Shown in pieces: positions 12,131-25,100 of a DNA stretch of 64,000 nucleotides (within the stretch, counting starts at the first letter, position 1; each line of letters begins with the position of its first letter). The position numbers and the translations under genes are program-made. The stretch is from NCBI RefSeq assembly GCF_040938485.1, contig NW_027271232.1, forward strand, positions 1,178,001 through 1,242,000, written 5' to 3'. The notes under the pieces are model-generated. The model made no database searches and was not told the origin of the DNA. It was given only the letters and a program-made list of their open reading frames with translations. The stretch is from Diadema antillarum. Lineage: Eukaryota.

Positions 12131-12833
12131 AATGTTGCGCAAGTGAGATTTTGCAGTCTTCCAAACAGAGATTGCCTGTTTTCCAGTGACGCAGATCCAA
12201 ATGAAAAGGGTACCAGAAAATGTTGAGAGGATAGGCCTAATTCTAGCAAGAAATATCGTGAAGCCTATGAATAAATGTCTATACGTCAAACGAGACAACT
12301 GTAAAATTTTCACACATCTTTTTTTTTTCTCTTTCACTCTGTATATGTAATATTGATAAGCGCGGTATTAATGCAAAATGCAGCGCTTTTAAAAGCAAAG
12401 TGCCCACAATTCGGGTGATTTGTTACACTTTCATTATCAGTCAGAGTTGAAGGCGAGCAAAACATGATGTTGCAGTGAAGTGATATGCACCTCTCTTTGA
12501 ATCCTTCTTTTCTGTCATTTTCTTACCTGGATCTATAACCAAACAAAGACACTGTAGCGCTTTGCTGATGCGCTTCGAAATTATTACTTAATTTTTGCAA
12601 AGAAAAGTGAACAGCTCTTTACATGATCATGACGTTAAACCCGCAAAATGTATCCAAATCAAAATCGATCAAAGAAACCACACATGCTATACTTATCATA
12701 TTGTGCACCTAGAGAATGTTGATCGGAGTAATTACCTAATAACACACTGCATTTCAGTTGGCAGACAACGTAAATTTACAACTCTTCCCGTGTACTGCGA
12801 TGCAACATGAAGGCTAAAATGTCGAACAACTTC

Positions 12834-14204
12834 TTAGACAGGGACATCGTAGATTGTCGAATCTGTATCACCTGTTACTTTATCGCTGAACAAAGCCGTT
12901 CTTCTCGTTGAGTTGGCCGTTGATTTGAACAAATCTCCGATCGCCTTGCGGAATTCAGGATTCCGAATCGTGTAAATGACAGGATTTGCGCAAGAATTAC
13001 AGAAGGCTAGGATAACTAGAGCTGAATTTAGTGGACTGTACAAGTAGGTTTCCGGCAGAACACGAAGATTGTACAAGAGATATCCCGTCTGCGTTGGTGT
13101 CCACGAGATGAGAAAAACCGCAACAACAAGGAACAGAATTTTGAGAACACTTTTCCTAGCCACAAGGTACTTAGCTGACGGCTTTAACTTGTTGCAATGT
13201 GAATCTTCCCCCAGCCTTCGGCGGGACTGTTGATGGAGCACCAGTGCGGTGAGAGCCTGGGCTACAAGCATGATGAACGCGGGTATGAGAAACTGAACGA
13301 GGAAAAGCATAATGCCTGAGGTAACCTGGGAAACGCTTGAATGAAATGCCGCTGTGCACTCGTCGTCCTTAGCACCAGCCACAAAAAATAAGAAAACGTT
13401 TGCCAAAAACGCGATCATCCATGTCAAGGCAACAACTTTCCCAACCCTCTGTCGTGTTACAAGACGCTTGAAATGAAGAGGGTGGGCAATCGCAATGTAT
13501 CTCTCTATTGGAATCAAGGTCAGAATGAAGATGGAGGCATCCACTGAAACCCACATGAGCATGGATGTGTAAACTACCTTGCAGTAGACATTCCCTAGCC
13601 ACGTTCCAGGAACCCTGAGTGGCGTCGGCAGGGGAACAATGAACACTGAAGTAAGGAAGTCAGCAGCGGCAAGAGCACCGATCAGTGCATCAGTTGACCG
13701 ACAATTGTGGCGCCTTTGGAATACCACCAGGATCACGGTCAGGTTTCCTACTATTCCCAGCATGGACATCGCTAGTTGTAGAATAGTCACCCATGTCCAT
13801 GTAACTGACTGCCACTTCCAAAGCGGCTGGGGTACTGCAGGCTTTTCCTCATTTTGCGCCGGAAAATTCGGCGTACCTATCTCTGCAATCTCTGTATGGA
13901 TTTCTGTTAGATATTTACGGTTGCTTTCAAAATTGTTAAAATCCCTGGGTGTTACAGTTTCGACTTTCAAATGACTCTTTTCGAACTGAGTAGAAATTGA
14001 ACCATTGTCCAAAGGTCGCATATGTGTCGTCAAATTGCCATCGATGTCTTCAATGTAATTGACAACAGGGGCACCCGTAGTGTTTGCGGTGAAATATTGA
14101 ATGGACGTAGTGGTGACCGGCTCCACTGTGACTGTATGGACCGTTTTAAATATGATAAGGAGAACAATAGTCCGAGTTGTCATTGTCCTCGTTTTTGCTC
14201 TCAT
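12834..14204 (-). CDS. Orphan class A GPCR paralog 2 (456 aa; alternative start Met at 14183)
   Basis: Same 7TM motifs as paralog 1 and an intact ORF. Acceptor TTCTTTGCAG|GAAAATG at 14209-14210; C-terminus DTDSTIYDVPV. Confidence 0.96.
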   Translation of the reverse strand: MRAKTRTMTTRTIVLLIIFKTVHTVTVEPVTTTSIQYFTANTTGAPVVNYIEDIDGNLTTHMRPLDNGSISTQFEKSHLKVETVTPRDFNNFESNRKYLTEIHTEIAEIGTPNFPAQNEEKPAVPQPLWKWQSVTWTWVTILQLAMSMLGIVGNLTVILVVFQRRHNCRSTDALIGALAAADFLTSVFIVPLPTPLRVPGTWLGNVYCKVVYTSMLMWVSVDASIFILTLIPIERYIAIAHPLHFKRLVTRQRVGKVVALTWMIAFLANVFLFFVAGAKDDECTAAFHSSVSQVTSGIMLFLVQFLIPAFIMLVAQALTALVLHQQSRRRLGEDSHCNKLKPSAKYLVARKSVLKILFLVVAVFLISWTPTQTGYLLYNLRVLPETYLYSPLNSALVILAFCNSCANPVIYTIRNPEFRKAIGDLFKSTANSTRRTALFSDKVTGDTDSTIYDVPV

Positions 14205-15551
14205 TTTCCTGCAAAGAATATGATATCATAAATGAAACGATGAGTTCGTTCTTTTGTTGTGATGTCATGGGATTACTAGAAGTGCATTAAATTGGGTGTT
14301 CACCGTAACTTCGAAAACATGGTAAAGTCATACAAGCAGATAAAGTTTCTTCAAAATGAAAACGAGACAAGCATGGAATTTTAAAATGGCAACTGTTTTC
14401 AAGAAAGTGATTACCTAAAAACCACGGATGGAAATTAGATGATATGTGTCACATGATAATACTTATGCTATGTCAACGCTTAAACAGCTCCTCTTTCCAC
14501 GCATTGGCAATTCATTCACAAGACTAAAGGTTTCATATCTCACAAGATATTGTTTCTTAGTTGTGAAAACTGATTAGCTCTTAGGGACTTTGGTCACTGA
14601 TATGTGATTTCGGAAATATCTGGTTACCAACGTACAGGAAAGTTTTGAGGTCATGAGGTATTTCTTCCATCTACTTAATATGTGTCATTGAGGTTGCGAC
14701 CAATATCATTCAGTCCTCAGTGAAAACAGGGAAAAATTAATAAGTTACTCTATTTAACCTATTATATTAAGTGTTGGATCATTTTATTTGTCTGCATTGC
14801 TATCCGTCTGAACATGGAAAGGAATTAGCTCACGGAGATAATTCTTTTCAGATGAACACGAATTGATAAAAATTTTACTCTCCTAGTCCACGTAAAATTC
14901 TCTCGAGCATTAATGATTTCAAGAAGAGGCAACGAACGGTCTTTACGCGAGACAACAGACCAAATATACAATGTATGATTCAATTAATAGGACACACGAG
15001 GAAGGCCTGTTGAGACCTCTGCCAATTTGAGTGCTTTATTGGTGTAGGCCTAATTTACAATTTACCAGACAGTTTGATTTGTCCAAATACCAGTCCAGCT
15101 CAAAGGATACTTTTGATGTCATCACCGCTAAAAGATACAATTTTAGTTTTGACAATAAATTGAACACTGGAGATTTCATCTTCAAAGGCGTGAATTCGCT
15201 AAGAGTCTCTTGTGTGACAACATCTAGCTATGTTGTCTTAAATTTCATTATGTGATTGTGACTACCATTCCCTAACATACACTCTGACACTGAAATGAAA
15301 GTGAAATAGTGATCAATTAATGACAAGTGATGAAAATGATGAAATTATACTACATGTACAACAAGGTTGTGAAGTGAGTTCATTTGGAGCTGATTTGCTT
15401 TAAATGATTCGTACTTCGAAAGTATCGCGATTACAAAATTGTCTTTCTTTGGGTATAGTAAAGGCATGAACGTTGTTGAACAAAATATTCCATACACCTA
15501 TTACTTTAAGTGAACAGTAACAATTCGATCCTTCTACAATCTGTAGTAACT

Positions 15552-15553
<2 letters not shown>

Positions 15554-15584
<31 letters not shown>
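15554..15584. repeat. (CA)n microsatellite in the predicted intron of paralog 2
   Basis: About 15 perfect AC units. Confidence 0.95.
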
Positions 15585-15585
<1 letters not shown>

Positions 15586-15691
15586 TATTTCTTAGAAGAC
15601 AAAAAAAAAGATAATTATAAAATACTCGACACCGTTTGTAATCAGCGAAGGCATTCTGTTGCAGACATGAACAAATTTACATGCAAACCTT

Positions 15692-15910
15692 ACCCAAATC
15701 TCCTGAGCACAGACCAGCAAGACCACCAGGCCATGTACATCCGCATTTCGTTCACATGAAATAGTCGTACTGCGTGTCCTTACCCTAGGCTTAAGTAGTC
15801 GGCGCCAATAATGCGCATGAGCAGAGTATGGGTTGAATTCAGCCAATGATATCGTACGCCCAACATAATGATACGTATTACACGTATACACACACCTCAC
15901 ACCACAAATC
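15692..15910 (-). promoter_or_regulatory. Leader exon/promoter of paralog 2: donor 15692-15693, degenerate TATA (TACTTAA 15791-15797), TGCGCATGAGCA 15812-15823, CCAAT 15843-15847
   Basis: Co-linear with the other unit promoters. Confidence 0.65.
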
Positions 15911-17126
15911 TCGTAGGAAAAAAAAAATCACTCATGCACCATAGCACTGGCCATCTGATTTACCAATCCCGTGATTTGACATTACATATGATTACCAAAT
16001 CTATCTGCATGATGGTATATAAGCAAAGCCAGACAAAGCACTCGCAACAATATAAACATTATCACAAGGTTCGTGTGGCATAACACGCGAGGCTCTTGTT
16101 TTTATGCTAGTTAGATATTTCCGTATTTATATACATCATCCGTTTCTTACAGAGATCCATATATCTTTTGCTCTGTTTCTGTAGTTTGATATGCGCTGGA
16201 TACATAAAATATAGATATAAAGCTATTTATTTAATGTGGAAAGGTAGGCCGAAATTGCCATTCCAATTAGCAAATCTAGTTAGCTAGCTGTGAAAAAAGA
16301 AGAGAGTAAAATAAGCTTATTGCAAGGAACTTTCAATGGTGAAAGATATCACCCCTCTGAGTGGACGGAGTATGGGCATTATGATGGAAGGCAGAAGTTC
16401 CATGAAGAAATCTTAATAGGAACGGTGGTTCTATTAAGAGAGTGTGCCTTTTGATTCGGACAAAATAAAGCTGGAAAAATAACGGAGAATGAGCTGGGAT
16501 TCTTAAAAGGACGGGCTTCTTTATTCTTATTCAAACAAACTCTGGTACAAGAATGCAGTTCCGCCGTGAACAGTGAAAATTGCTAAAGCTTGTGTCCTTC
16601 ACAACTGTCTCATATTGAATCAATTTGACTGTATCTTTCAAGATCTTCGGGAGGATATCGGAGCTCACCACGACCTCTAATATGAAGAGGCTTCATATTA
16701 TATGTTTATTATTACAATTATTTGCCTTTTCATGTAACATTATTTTAGAAAGTGACCTAAATCCCTAGGGTAAGGAAGCGTAGTGAAGTAGGATAGGGAT
16801 TTCTTGTGAAGACGTTGAATGCTGACCATCGCTGTGAATTCTATGACGCCTAAGGGGTAAAAATAATCTCGTAAGGATAGAGATTGCAAGAGAGAAAATT
16901 ATTGTTTTGAAGGTTTAAAATTAAAGATCTTGTTTCGCCTTGAGGTTTGATTACGCAGAACTACTATAGAATACTACAGAGTCAATTTTTTTTTAAAACT
17001 TTAATACACTAACTTGCACTAAATATCATAACACCTGTTCTATAGGGCCTACGATTTGACGGTACTGCTCTGCCCCGACACTCAGCCCTAAGCCAATAGC
17101 AAAAGAGATAAACCATCTCTTTAAAA

Positions 17127-17166
<40 letters not shown>

Positions 17167-17261
17167 TAGATATAGATATATATATATATTGAAACAAGGA
17201 AGGAAAAACTGACCAGAGACAATTGTAATAATAAATAGCGAAAACTTTGAGCAAAGAAAAT

Positions 17262-17320
17262 GGGTTTTCATCGGGATTCGAACCCGAGACCTCCGGATTA
17301 CTAGACCGGTGCTGTACCGA
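17262..17320 (-). ncRNA. tRNA-Thr(AGT)-like sequence, probably a SINE head; its 5' end runs into the gap
   Basis: The minus strand reads TCGGTACAGCA CCGGT CTAGTAA TCCGG AGGTC TCGGG TTCGAAT CCCGA. This gives a B box, a perfect T-arm and an AGT anticodon loop with one stem mismatch. Confidence 0.6.
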
Positions 17321-17453
17321 NNNNNNNNNNNNNNNNNNNNNNNNNNNNNNNNNNNNNNNNNNNNNNNNNNNNNNNNNNNNNNNNNNNNNNNNNNNNNNNN
17401 NNNNNNNNNNNNNNNNNNNNNNNNNNNNNNNNNNNNNNNNNNNNNNNNNNNNN
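17321..17453. other. Assembly gap (133 N)
   Basis: Run of N. Confidence 1.
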
Positions 17454-17489
17454 AAACACACACAAAATAAGATAATGATGAGACTGCTA

Positions 17490-18270
17490 ATCAACAATTA
17501 TATAGCAATTAAAATTTAAAGTATGTGGATGATATGACTTTGATTGAGAGTAGGAAAATGACTCAACCATCCAACATGCAGCATGCTTTGGATGAAATTA
17601 AGCAGTGGACCAGACACAACAATATGAAATTGAACCCCTCAAAGTGTGTATCAATGACAATAACTTTCTGTAAAAACCCTCCTCTGCATAATGCTTTGTT
17701 CATTGCAGACGTTGAACTAGGTACTGTCACCCAGACAAGGATATAAGGTGTTGTGATTCAATCAAACTTGAAATGGGATGGTCATGTTACTGAGGTCCTA
17801 AAAAAGTGCAACAACAAGTTATACATTCTTCGCTCCCTCAAACGTTTCCACCTCCCCACAGCTGATTTAGTTACTGTATACTCAGGATACATACGTCCTG
17901 TTCTTGAGTATGGCTGCCCAGTGTTCAGTGGCTCCCTCACAAAGAAACTTGAAAGTCAGTTAGAAATAATTCAGAAAAGAGCCTGCAGAATAATATTAGG
18001 AAAAAACTACACATCGTACATTACAGCTCTTGAAACCTGCAAGTTGGGCACTTTAGCTGAAAGGAGAAGACAGCTGAGTCTAGAATTTGCTTGTCGGATG
18101 GTTAAAAACCCGCTCGTATCCCCTGGCTACCTGCCAAGCACCAAGGGCATCAGTACACATTGCGTGTCGAACCACAAGGTACCAGCAATACAAATGTAAA
18201 ACAAAACCGGTTTCAGGACAGTGCCTATATCCATATTTTCATTATTCTACTGAATAAATAAAGATTAGAA
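17490..18270 (+). mobile_element. 5'-truncated non-LTR retrotransposon (CR1/L2 group): RT C-terminal half, with a stop and a frameshift
   Basis: KYVDD at ~17519, then NNMKLNPSKC, IQSNLKW..H, YIRPVLEYGCPV and LEIIQKRACRIILG, which are typical post-YxDD LINE ORF2 motifs. Confidence 0.85.
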
Positions 18271-19065
18271 GTTTTTATGCATTGTATAAAGTAGCATTTT
18301 CAAGTATGATGTTTTTATAAAGAAAAACAATGAGTGTGGATTGAGTTGATCTCTTTTTCATTTCAGATTTTGATTTGAGATATAGTTTCTTTTTTTCTGA
18401 TGGATGTAGTTTTTTGATATGTAGGCCTAAAAGATATGTTTTATTTATGTTGAAGGATGAGCTGTCATGATGATGATAATCGTTTAAAAGAAAAGAAAGA
18501 AATATTGTTTATTCTATTGAAATTTTTGGCACACGTGATTAATGTGATGTGTAGGTGTGATTTTTTTTAAATCAAAATTAATATATGTAGATGAAATAGT
18601 TATGGAATTTTTTTAATGACTAGTTGCGTAATGATATGTTGACAGTGAATTTTTTCCCCTTTTCCTCATTTTTTCTTTTTCCGTTTTTCTTTTCTTTTTG
18701 AAAAAGTAATCTGAGTATTGATGGGCTGGTACCCTCACTGATTTCATTATCAGTTGTAATAGTAATGATTTTTTTTTATTCAGTGTTGAGCAGTGTTGCC
18801 ATGTTGACAGGATATTTTTTATCTCTTTTTTTTTTCGTTTTTGTAAAAGCAATTTCAGAATTGATTGGGCTGGTACCCTCATAGATTGATCACTTCTTGT
18901 GATTTACCACATGTGACCACTGTAATATTTGTTCTTTTTTATGTCATGTCGTTATATCATTGTTTGTACAGATCACCGAAGAAATCTGTCTGTTTTTATA
19001 ACTATGATTGTAAAACACGTGCAATTCAGCCTTTGGCTGCCAGACATGATTTTTAATAAAACCTG

Positions 19066-19098
19066 TTCAATTCAATTCAATTCAATTCAATTCATTCA
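19066..19098. repeat. (TTCAA)n microsatellite
   Basis: About 6 units of TTCAA. Confidence 0.9.
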
Positions 19099-20085
19099 AA
19101 ATGCTTCAAAGCGCATGAATAAAATAGAAATACATGCGTGTATGTGTGTATTTGAGCGTGTGCTGCTGGTAGGGTCTTAAGTGCACTGACCATGGTTTCA
19201 TTTGAAGGCTGTACGAGAAAGTAATTAAAGCGAGTACCTAACACTGGTCTTCACACAAGTCATGCATAACGTTTTATAGCACATGTAACCAGTTAATTTG
19301 ATTGCTACATCTGCGCTTGCTTGGCCCCCTTTTTTTTTTACCTGTGGCTGGCTTTATTCTAAAGGGACACTCCAGATTTTGATAATTCCGTATTATGTAT
19401 TACATAAATGCCGAGCACAGATTTGTGGAATTTATTGTGGTCCTTGAGCAGATAAACCAATATTCTGAAAACCAAAAACCTAATAAACTTAAGAAGGATT
19501 ATGATATAAGAGGCTCAAATATCCCAGTAATGTAGCAATCTAATTAAAATGCCACTTGCTTAACAACTTCACCTGCGTAGAAGTTATGTTTGCTCCCTTC
19601 TTTTGTTGTGCTTCCTTGTACACCCAGTCGTGCATTCGTAAATTTTGAAAACATTTTTTATTCCGCATTCCTATCAATATAAAGTCTGAAACTTTGTACC
19701 TAGATTCATCAATTGAGATATGTTCATATGTACAGTCTGAAAATCATCCGGAAGATGATCTCTTTTAATTTTGGCAGACCGAATGCGGAAACAATTGATT
19801 GGAAGACACTATAGACTTGATCTATTATCACTGCTAATAGTGTATAGTCGCACGCTCAAGTTCTATTCGTACCGTATGGTCTTATAGCCATAGTTATGAA
19901 GTGCGATCATATCCCTCCGGGCGAACTCATAGTTCATATTCTGCTTGAAAAAAAAAATAATGTACGGTAGTCATTACTATTGAATTGAATATCTCATAAA
20001 TCCAACAATGAAATTTCATGCTTTTACAATTTCTATGCAAACAGATGAGGCAAACTGATAAGAAATTGCTATAAAAGAAGCAAAG

Positions 20086-20116
<31 letters not shown>
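20086..20116. repeat. (ACA)n microsatellite
   Basis: About 10 CAA units. Confidence 0.95.
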
Positions 20117-20257
20117 ATCATTTACTGTACGGAGCGGACTGTTAAATGAATTACGATGTATTTAGACACATAATCCATAAACACGTAATCCATAAGACAT
20201 CCTACAACAGCGTGCCGATGATGACAGACCCCGCCAATTATCGCGAAGTTTGTCTAC

Positions 20258-21997
20258 ATGGCTGAACGCAACCGCATTCTAGCATTCGACTCCAATACCC
20301 CTCGCAAGCAGAACGCCAACACTACAAACGACATGGCTCGGATGACGGTGAGAACCGACCTTCCACCTGCCCTGAAAGTCAAGCGCAGTCAGCTAGCGAA
20401 AGTGGCCTACAAGATGAGGAGGGAGAAGAATCTGTCGACAAAAATATCTGTCACAGGTACGGAAGTAGTGCTCTTTTTCAAAGAGAAAGGTTCAAAGAAG
20501 TGGGAATTGTGCAAAGATTAATCCATCGAAATTGGTACTAGTATGTATGTCTTGCACAGCTACTGAAAAGCGTAAGTCTGAACTCATCAGAAATTGTCAT
20601 TAATCTGTAGCCTGAAATTGTCTTAAAATTGCAGATCTTTGCGATTTTAGGCTTATGTACTACCGATTATAAAAACTGTCACATTTTGATACCTTTAATA
20701 TTACACCGCACATTTTTGAGTAAGTTATATACGTGTTTAATGTAGTTATATCATACATGGATTATGTGGAGTGTAAACGATGCATGAGCATTAGATTTAC
20801 AGAACCTATCTGACAATTCATGTAAACTGTATGTTTGTAGACGCCGGATTTTTGAATTGTACCGTATGGACGTACAAATAGGCCGATGATGTTTAGTTAT
20901 TATAATAATGATGATGTACAAAGGATGCAGGTACTCCACACTTTGTAATATGTATCACAAATACTATCTTTTAATGTATGTATGGTTACATTTCGTACAT
21001 TTCTTCGTCGAAGGTTACTTATATAGCATTTCTCTATGTACTAAATTTGACTGTACGCCCTAAGGTTCAAGCTTAGTCAAGTCGACATTTTTTTTTAGAG
21101 GTATGTCTTCTTGTATTGTGCTTGTTTACGATAACACAAAAATCAAAAGTACAGGTGGTGGCAGTGTTAGTTCAGGCGCAACCTCCGGTTCACTCAGTAA
21201 TGTCGTGGAATAGATTTTTTTCAATGTACAATGCATACATATGTATGCACTAAGTGTTTCGTAGCCGTTTTTGAAACGATGTTCAAGTTCACATTCCTAT
21301 CAATGCTTCAGTTCCTGTCAAAACATGTCCGTTAATTCAGCTATGTCATTTACCCTTTTGACACAGTTTGTAATGCATATATGCAGCGTATCCAAAATTC
21401 AGCCGCTAGATTAGTCTCCCTTAGTAGGAGACATGACCATATATCTCCTGTTCTCCGCTCACTCCATTGGCTTCCAGTCCATTCCCGTATTACTTTCAAG
21501 ATCCTACTTCTGACGTACAAAATCACACGTAATCTGGCACCCATATATCTTCAAAACCTAGTCTCTCTCCGCTCCTCCTCTTCTGCCAGACCCCTCCGTT
21601 CATCTTCCTCTCTCCAATTACTTCATGCCCCACGTACAAAAACCCGTTATGGTGACCGAGCCTTCTCTTCCATTGCTCCCACTCTTTGGAATAAACTCCC
21701 TCTTTATATTTAGAATGCCTCATCTGTTGAATTATTTAAAATTCTTCTTAAAACTCACCTGTTTAATCAGTTGTATTTTTTTTTTCTGGAGGCGCACACA
21801 GTTATCAATTATTGTACCATTGTATCACATGTATTTTTGTTTTGTTTTGTTTTCTTTCTTCTTCTTTTGTTACTGTTAACGCTGATTTTGTTAATGTTAT
21901 TGTGTTTTCTAGTCTATTTGTATGAGTAGCAAAGTGCGCTTAGAAACGTCAGTATGAAGCGCCATATAAATGCAATTATTATTATTATTATTATTAT
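20258..21997 (+). mobile_element. Internally deleted L2-clade LINE: probable ORF1 C-terminus (20258-20521), ORF2 C-terminus (~21375-21760), 3'UTR and (ATT)n tail
   Basis: QRIQNSAARLV..RRHDHISPVLRSLHWLPVHSRITFKILLLTYK is the classic L2 ORF2 end. The tail GCGCCATATAAATGCAATTATTATT ends at ~21997. The upstream TDLPPALKVKRSQLAKVAYKMR resembles LINE ORF1 C-termini (weaker support). Confidence 0.85.
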
Positions 21998-22199
21998 ATA
22001 GTGCTATGCATATACAAGGTCAATCATCCCTAGCGGTATGCGTGAGTCACCCGAGCGAGTTATTCCATGTACGCCATTTGTTATGTAATTACACACACAC
22101 GTTTTTCTTTCATATTTTACTTTCATACTTTATTCAGCTCTGTTTCCCTGATTCACCTATCATGAATGTCTCTTAAATCCGAAGGTTTACTCCTCCATT

Positions 22200-25100
22200 A
22201 TGGTAACTAATGGAGAGAGCAGTGACTTAATGACCAGTCGTATGGGCATGCATTATTTTGGTGATGATAATGAGATCTCTGATTCCGATGTTATAAAAAG
22301 GTTAAACAAACAAACTCCAGAATTTGACTTGTCTTATGATGACAATGATACATTATTGCGAGGTACAGGTTCCGACTATATTTCCCCTCAGGACATATGT
22401 ACACGTTATTTTTTCAAGATGGAAAACAACTTTTCTATTTTTCATTTCAATATACGAAGTTTGTATAAGAAACTTGATCAACTGAAGATATTTTTGAATT
22501 TACACAATGTGGATTTTTCTGTTATAGGTTTGTGCGAAACGTGGCTGTCTGACGTGTCATCTCCCCTAGTTCATTTGGATGGATATTCTCTTGTGTTTAA
22601 TAATAGAGTAAATAAACATGGAGGGGGTGTCGCTCTTTATGTTCAGAAAGGATTCAATTTTGATTTGATTCAGAATTTATGTCATATGACTGAAGATTTT
22701 GAAAGCATATTTATTGAAATCGACATACCAGCTGGAAAGAATATTTTGATTGGTGAGATTTATAGACCACCAAACTGTAATCATACTGCTTTTTTGATGT
22801 ACTGAATTCCGTATTGAATTCTGAGTCTTTGCATAATAAACATTGTTTTTTAATGGGGGATTTCAATCTTGATTTACTGCAGTATCACGAAAAGCCCTGC
22901 TGCCAGGATTTTGTGGACACTATGTTTTCATATGCTTTTACGCCGTGTATAACTAAACCTACCAGAATATTTGATTCAGCGTATACAATGATAATATATT
23001 CACTAATATTCATTATCCAACTGATCAAGGTATACAGTAATAGTTTCGGATATGTCTGATCATTTCCCAGTGCTTGCTTCTAGTCCATTTATACTAAATC
23101 GCTTTAAGCCTGCAACTTGGGAAATGAATTCTACAGCTCGTGTAATGTCTGAACAAAATATAATAAGATTTAAGGAAAGTCTGTTAAATATTGATTGGTC
23201 AGTGGTTCTCAATGCGAATGAGCCTAATGATGCATATGATAAGTTTGTTGATCTGATCGCTCCTCTTTTCTCTTTTCATTTTCCGATAAGATCACAATCT
23301 AGATCAAATTATAAAAAGATACCACGATGCCCCTGGATATCGAAATCTTTGTTGAGGTCTGTCAATTGGAAAAATAAGCTCTTTTATATATTCAAGTCTC
23401 AAAAAACTGATGCTGCTAAAAGCAAATATACTAGTTATCGTAATGTTCTTACTTCTGTGTTGCGTGAGGCAAAAAAGAAATATTTTTCTTCACTGTTTCT
23501 TCTCCATGAGAAGGACATTAAATCCACGTGGAAAGTTATTGATAATGTTCTTCAGAAGAAACGAAATAAATCGAATATCCATAAGATTTGTGTAATTGAC
23601 ATCGAGTTAAGAGATGATAATGAAATCTCTGAAGCGTTTAATTTATATTTTGTGAAGGTTAGATCTAATTCAGCTGATGTTATTCCGAAAACGGATATAC
23701 CTTTTTCTACGTATTCAAGTCATCGCAATAATCAATCTTTGTTTTTTATGCCTGTATTAGAATCCGAAATTGTTGACATTGTAAATAATCTTAAAGCCAA
23801 AAAAGTACTGGTTATGATGGAATTTCTAATTATCTTCTGAAATATGTTGTACATGAGATTGTTGTACCTCTCGCCCATATATTTAATTTGTCATTACTGA
23901 ACGGTATAGTGCCTACTAGGATGAAAATCACTAAAGTTATCCCGATATATAAAAAGGGCGGAGAGGACGAACTGGGAAATTATCGACCAATATCGTTATT
24001 TAACTTCTTTTTCTAAATTACTTGAAAAGATTGTGTACACACGTGTATTCCGATTCTTAAATGACTGTAATGTAATAGATGAAAATCAATTTGGATTTCG
24101 TAAAAAGCATTCCACAATTCATGCTAATTTACTCATGATAGAGAAAATTATCAAAGCGATCGATGCCAAGTGTCACACAGTAGGTATCTTTCTTGACTAC
24201 TCCATCAAGGCCTTTGACACAATCACCCATGAAATATCATTATAAAAATTACAACACTATGGGATTCGTGGGAGGGCCTTGGAGTGGTTTAGAAGTTACC
24301 TTACTGGAAGAACTCAATTTGTTAGTTTGAATGGCCATGTGTCCAGCTCACAGCCTATAACTTGTGGGGTACCGCAAGGATCCCTTTTAGGTCCGTTATT
24401 GTTTATTCTTTATACGAATGACTTTCGCAGTTCGTCCTCTCTGCTCTATTTTCTACTTTTTGCCGATGACACCAGCATTTTTTATTCAAATCAAAACCCT
24501 CATGTTTTACTGAATACCATAAATACTGAATTAAAATCAGTATCTAAGTGGATCCAGGCTAATAAATTGTCATTGAATTTGACCAAGACAAAATTTATGG
24601 TTTTTAGCAATATAATCTATATTTTACCGGGTAAGTTGGTTGTAAACGACGTAGAATTGAACCAGGTGGAATATATAAAATTCCTTGGTCTTTATATTGA
24701 TTGTAAGTTGACATGGAAAGTTCATGTTGATTCTTTGCGTAAATTACTATCAAAAAATGTTGGTGTTATATATAAGTTAAAACAGTTTTTCCCTAAACAT
24801 GTTCTGCATTCATTGTATTCTACTCTATTTTTGCCTTATATAGGTTATGGAATCCTGGCATATAGAAACTGCTGTAAAACTAGACTTAATTCTTTATTAT
24901 TGATACAGAAAAGAGCTATACGGATAATTAACTTCGCCACATTTTTCGAACACACTAATGTCTTATTCTTTTCCAGTAGAACACTGAAGATCCAGGATTT
25001 ATATCATTTTAATATCGGGTCATTTATGTATCAATTAAACTCAGGTGGTCTCCCTGATGTGTTTTCTTCGATGTTTGTAAAAAAAAACTTAAGTTCATTC

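Noticed and set aside
16420-16960. Possible decayed Penelope-like fragment on the minus strand (..YFYPLGVIE..TLPYP..; ..IRIKKPVL..SPL..)
   Set aside because: The resemblance is too degenerate to call without an HMM search.
17009-17519. ORFs spanning the N gap and microsatellites (also 10019-10241, 19927-20121, 36021-36215)
   Set aside because: Artefacts of N runs and simple repeats.
19359-19800. CTAA AGGGACACTCCAG, resembling another Kolobok-type left end
   Set aside because: No matching right TIR or TTAA duplication was found.
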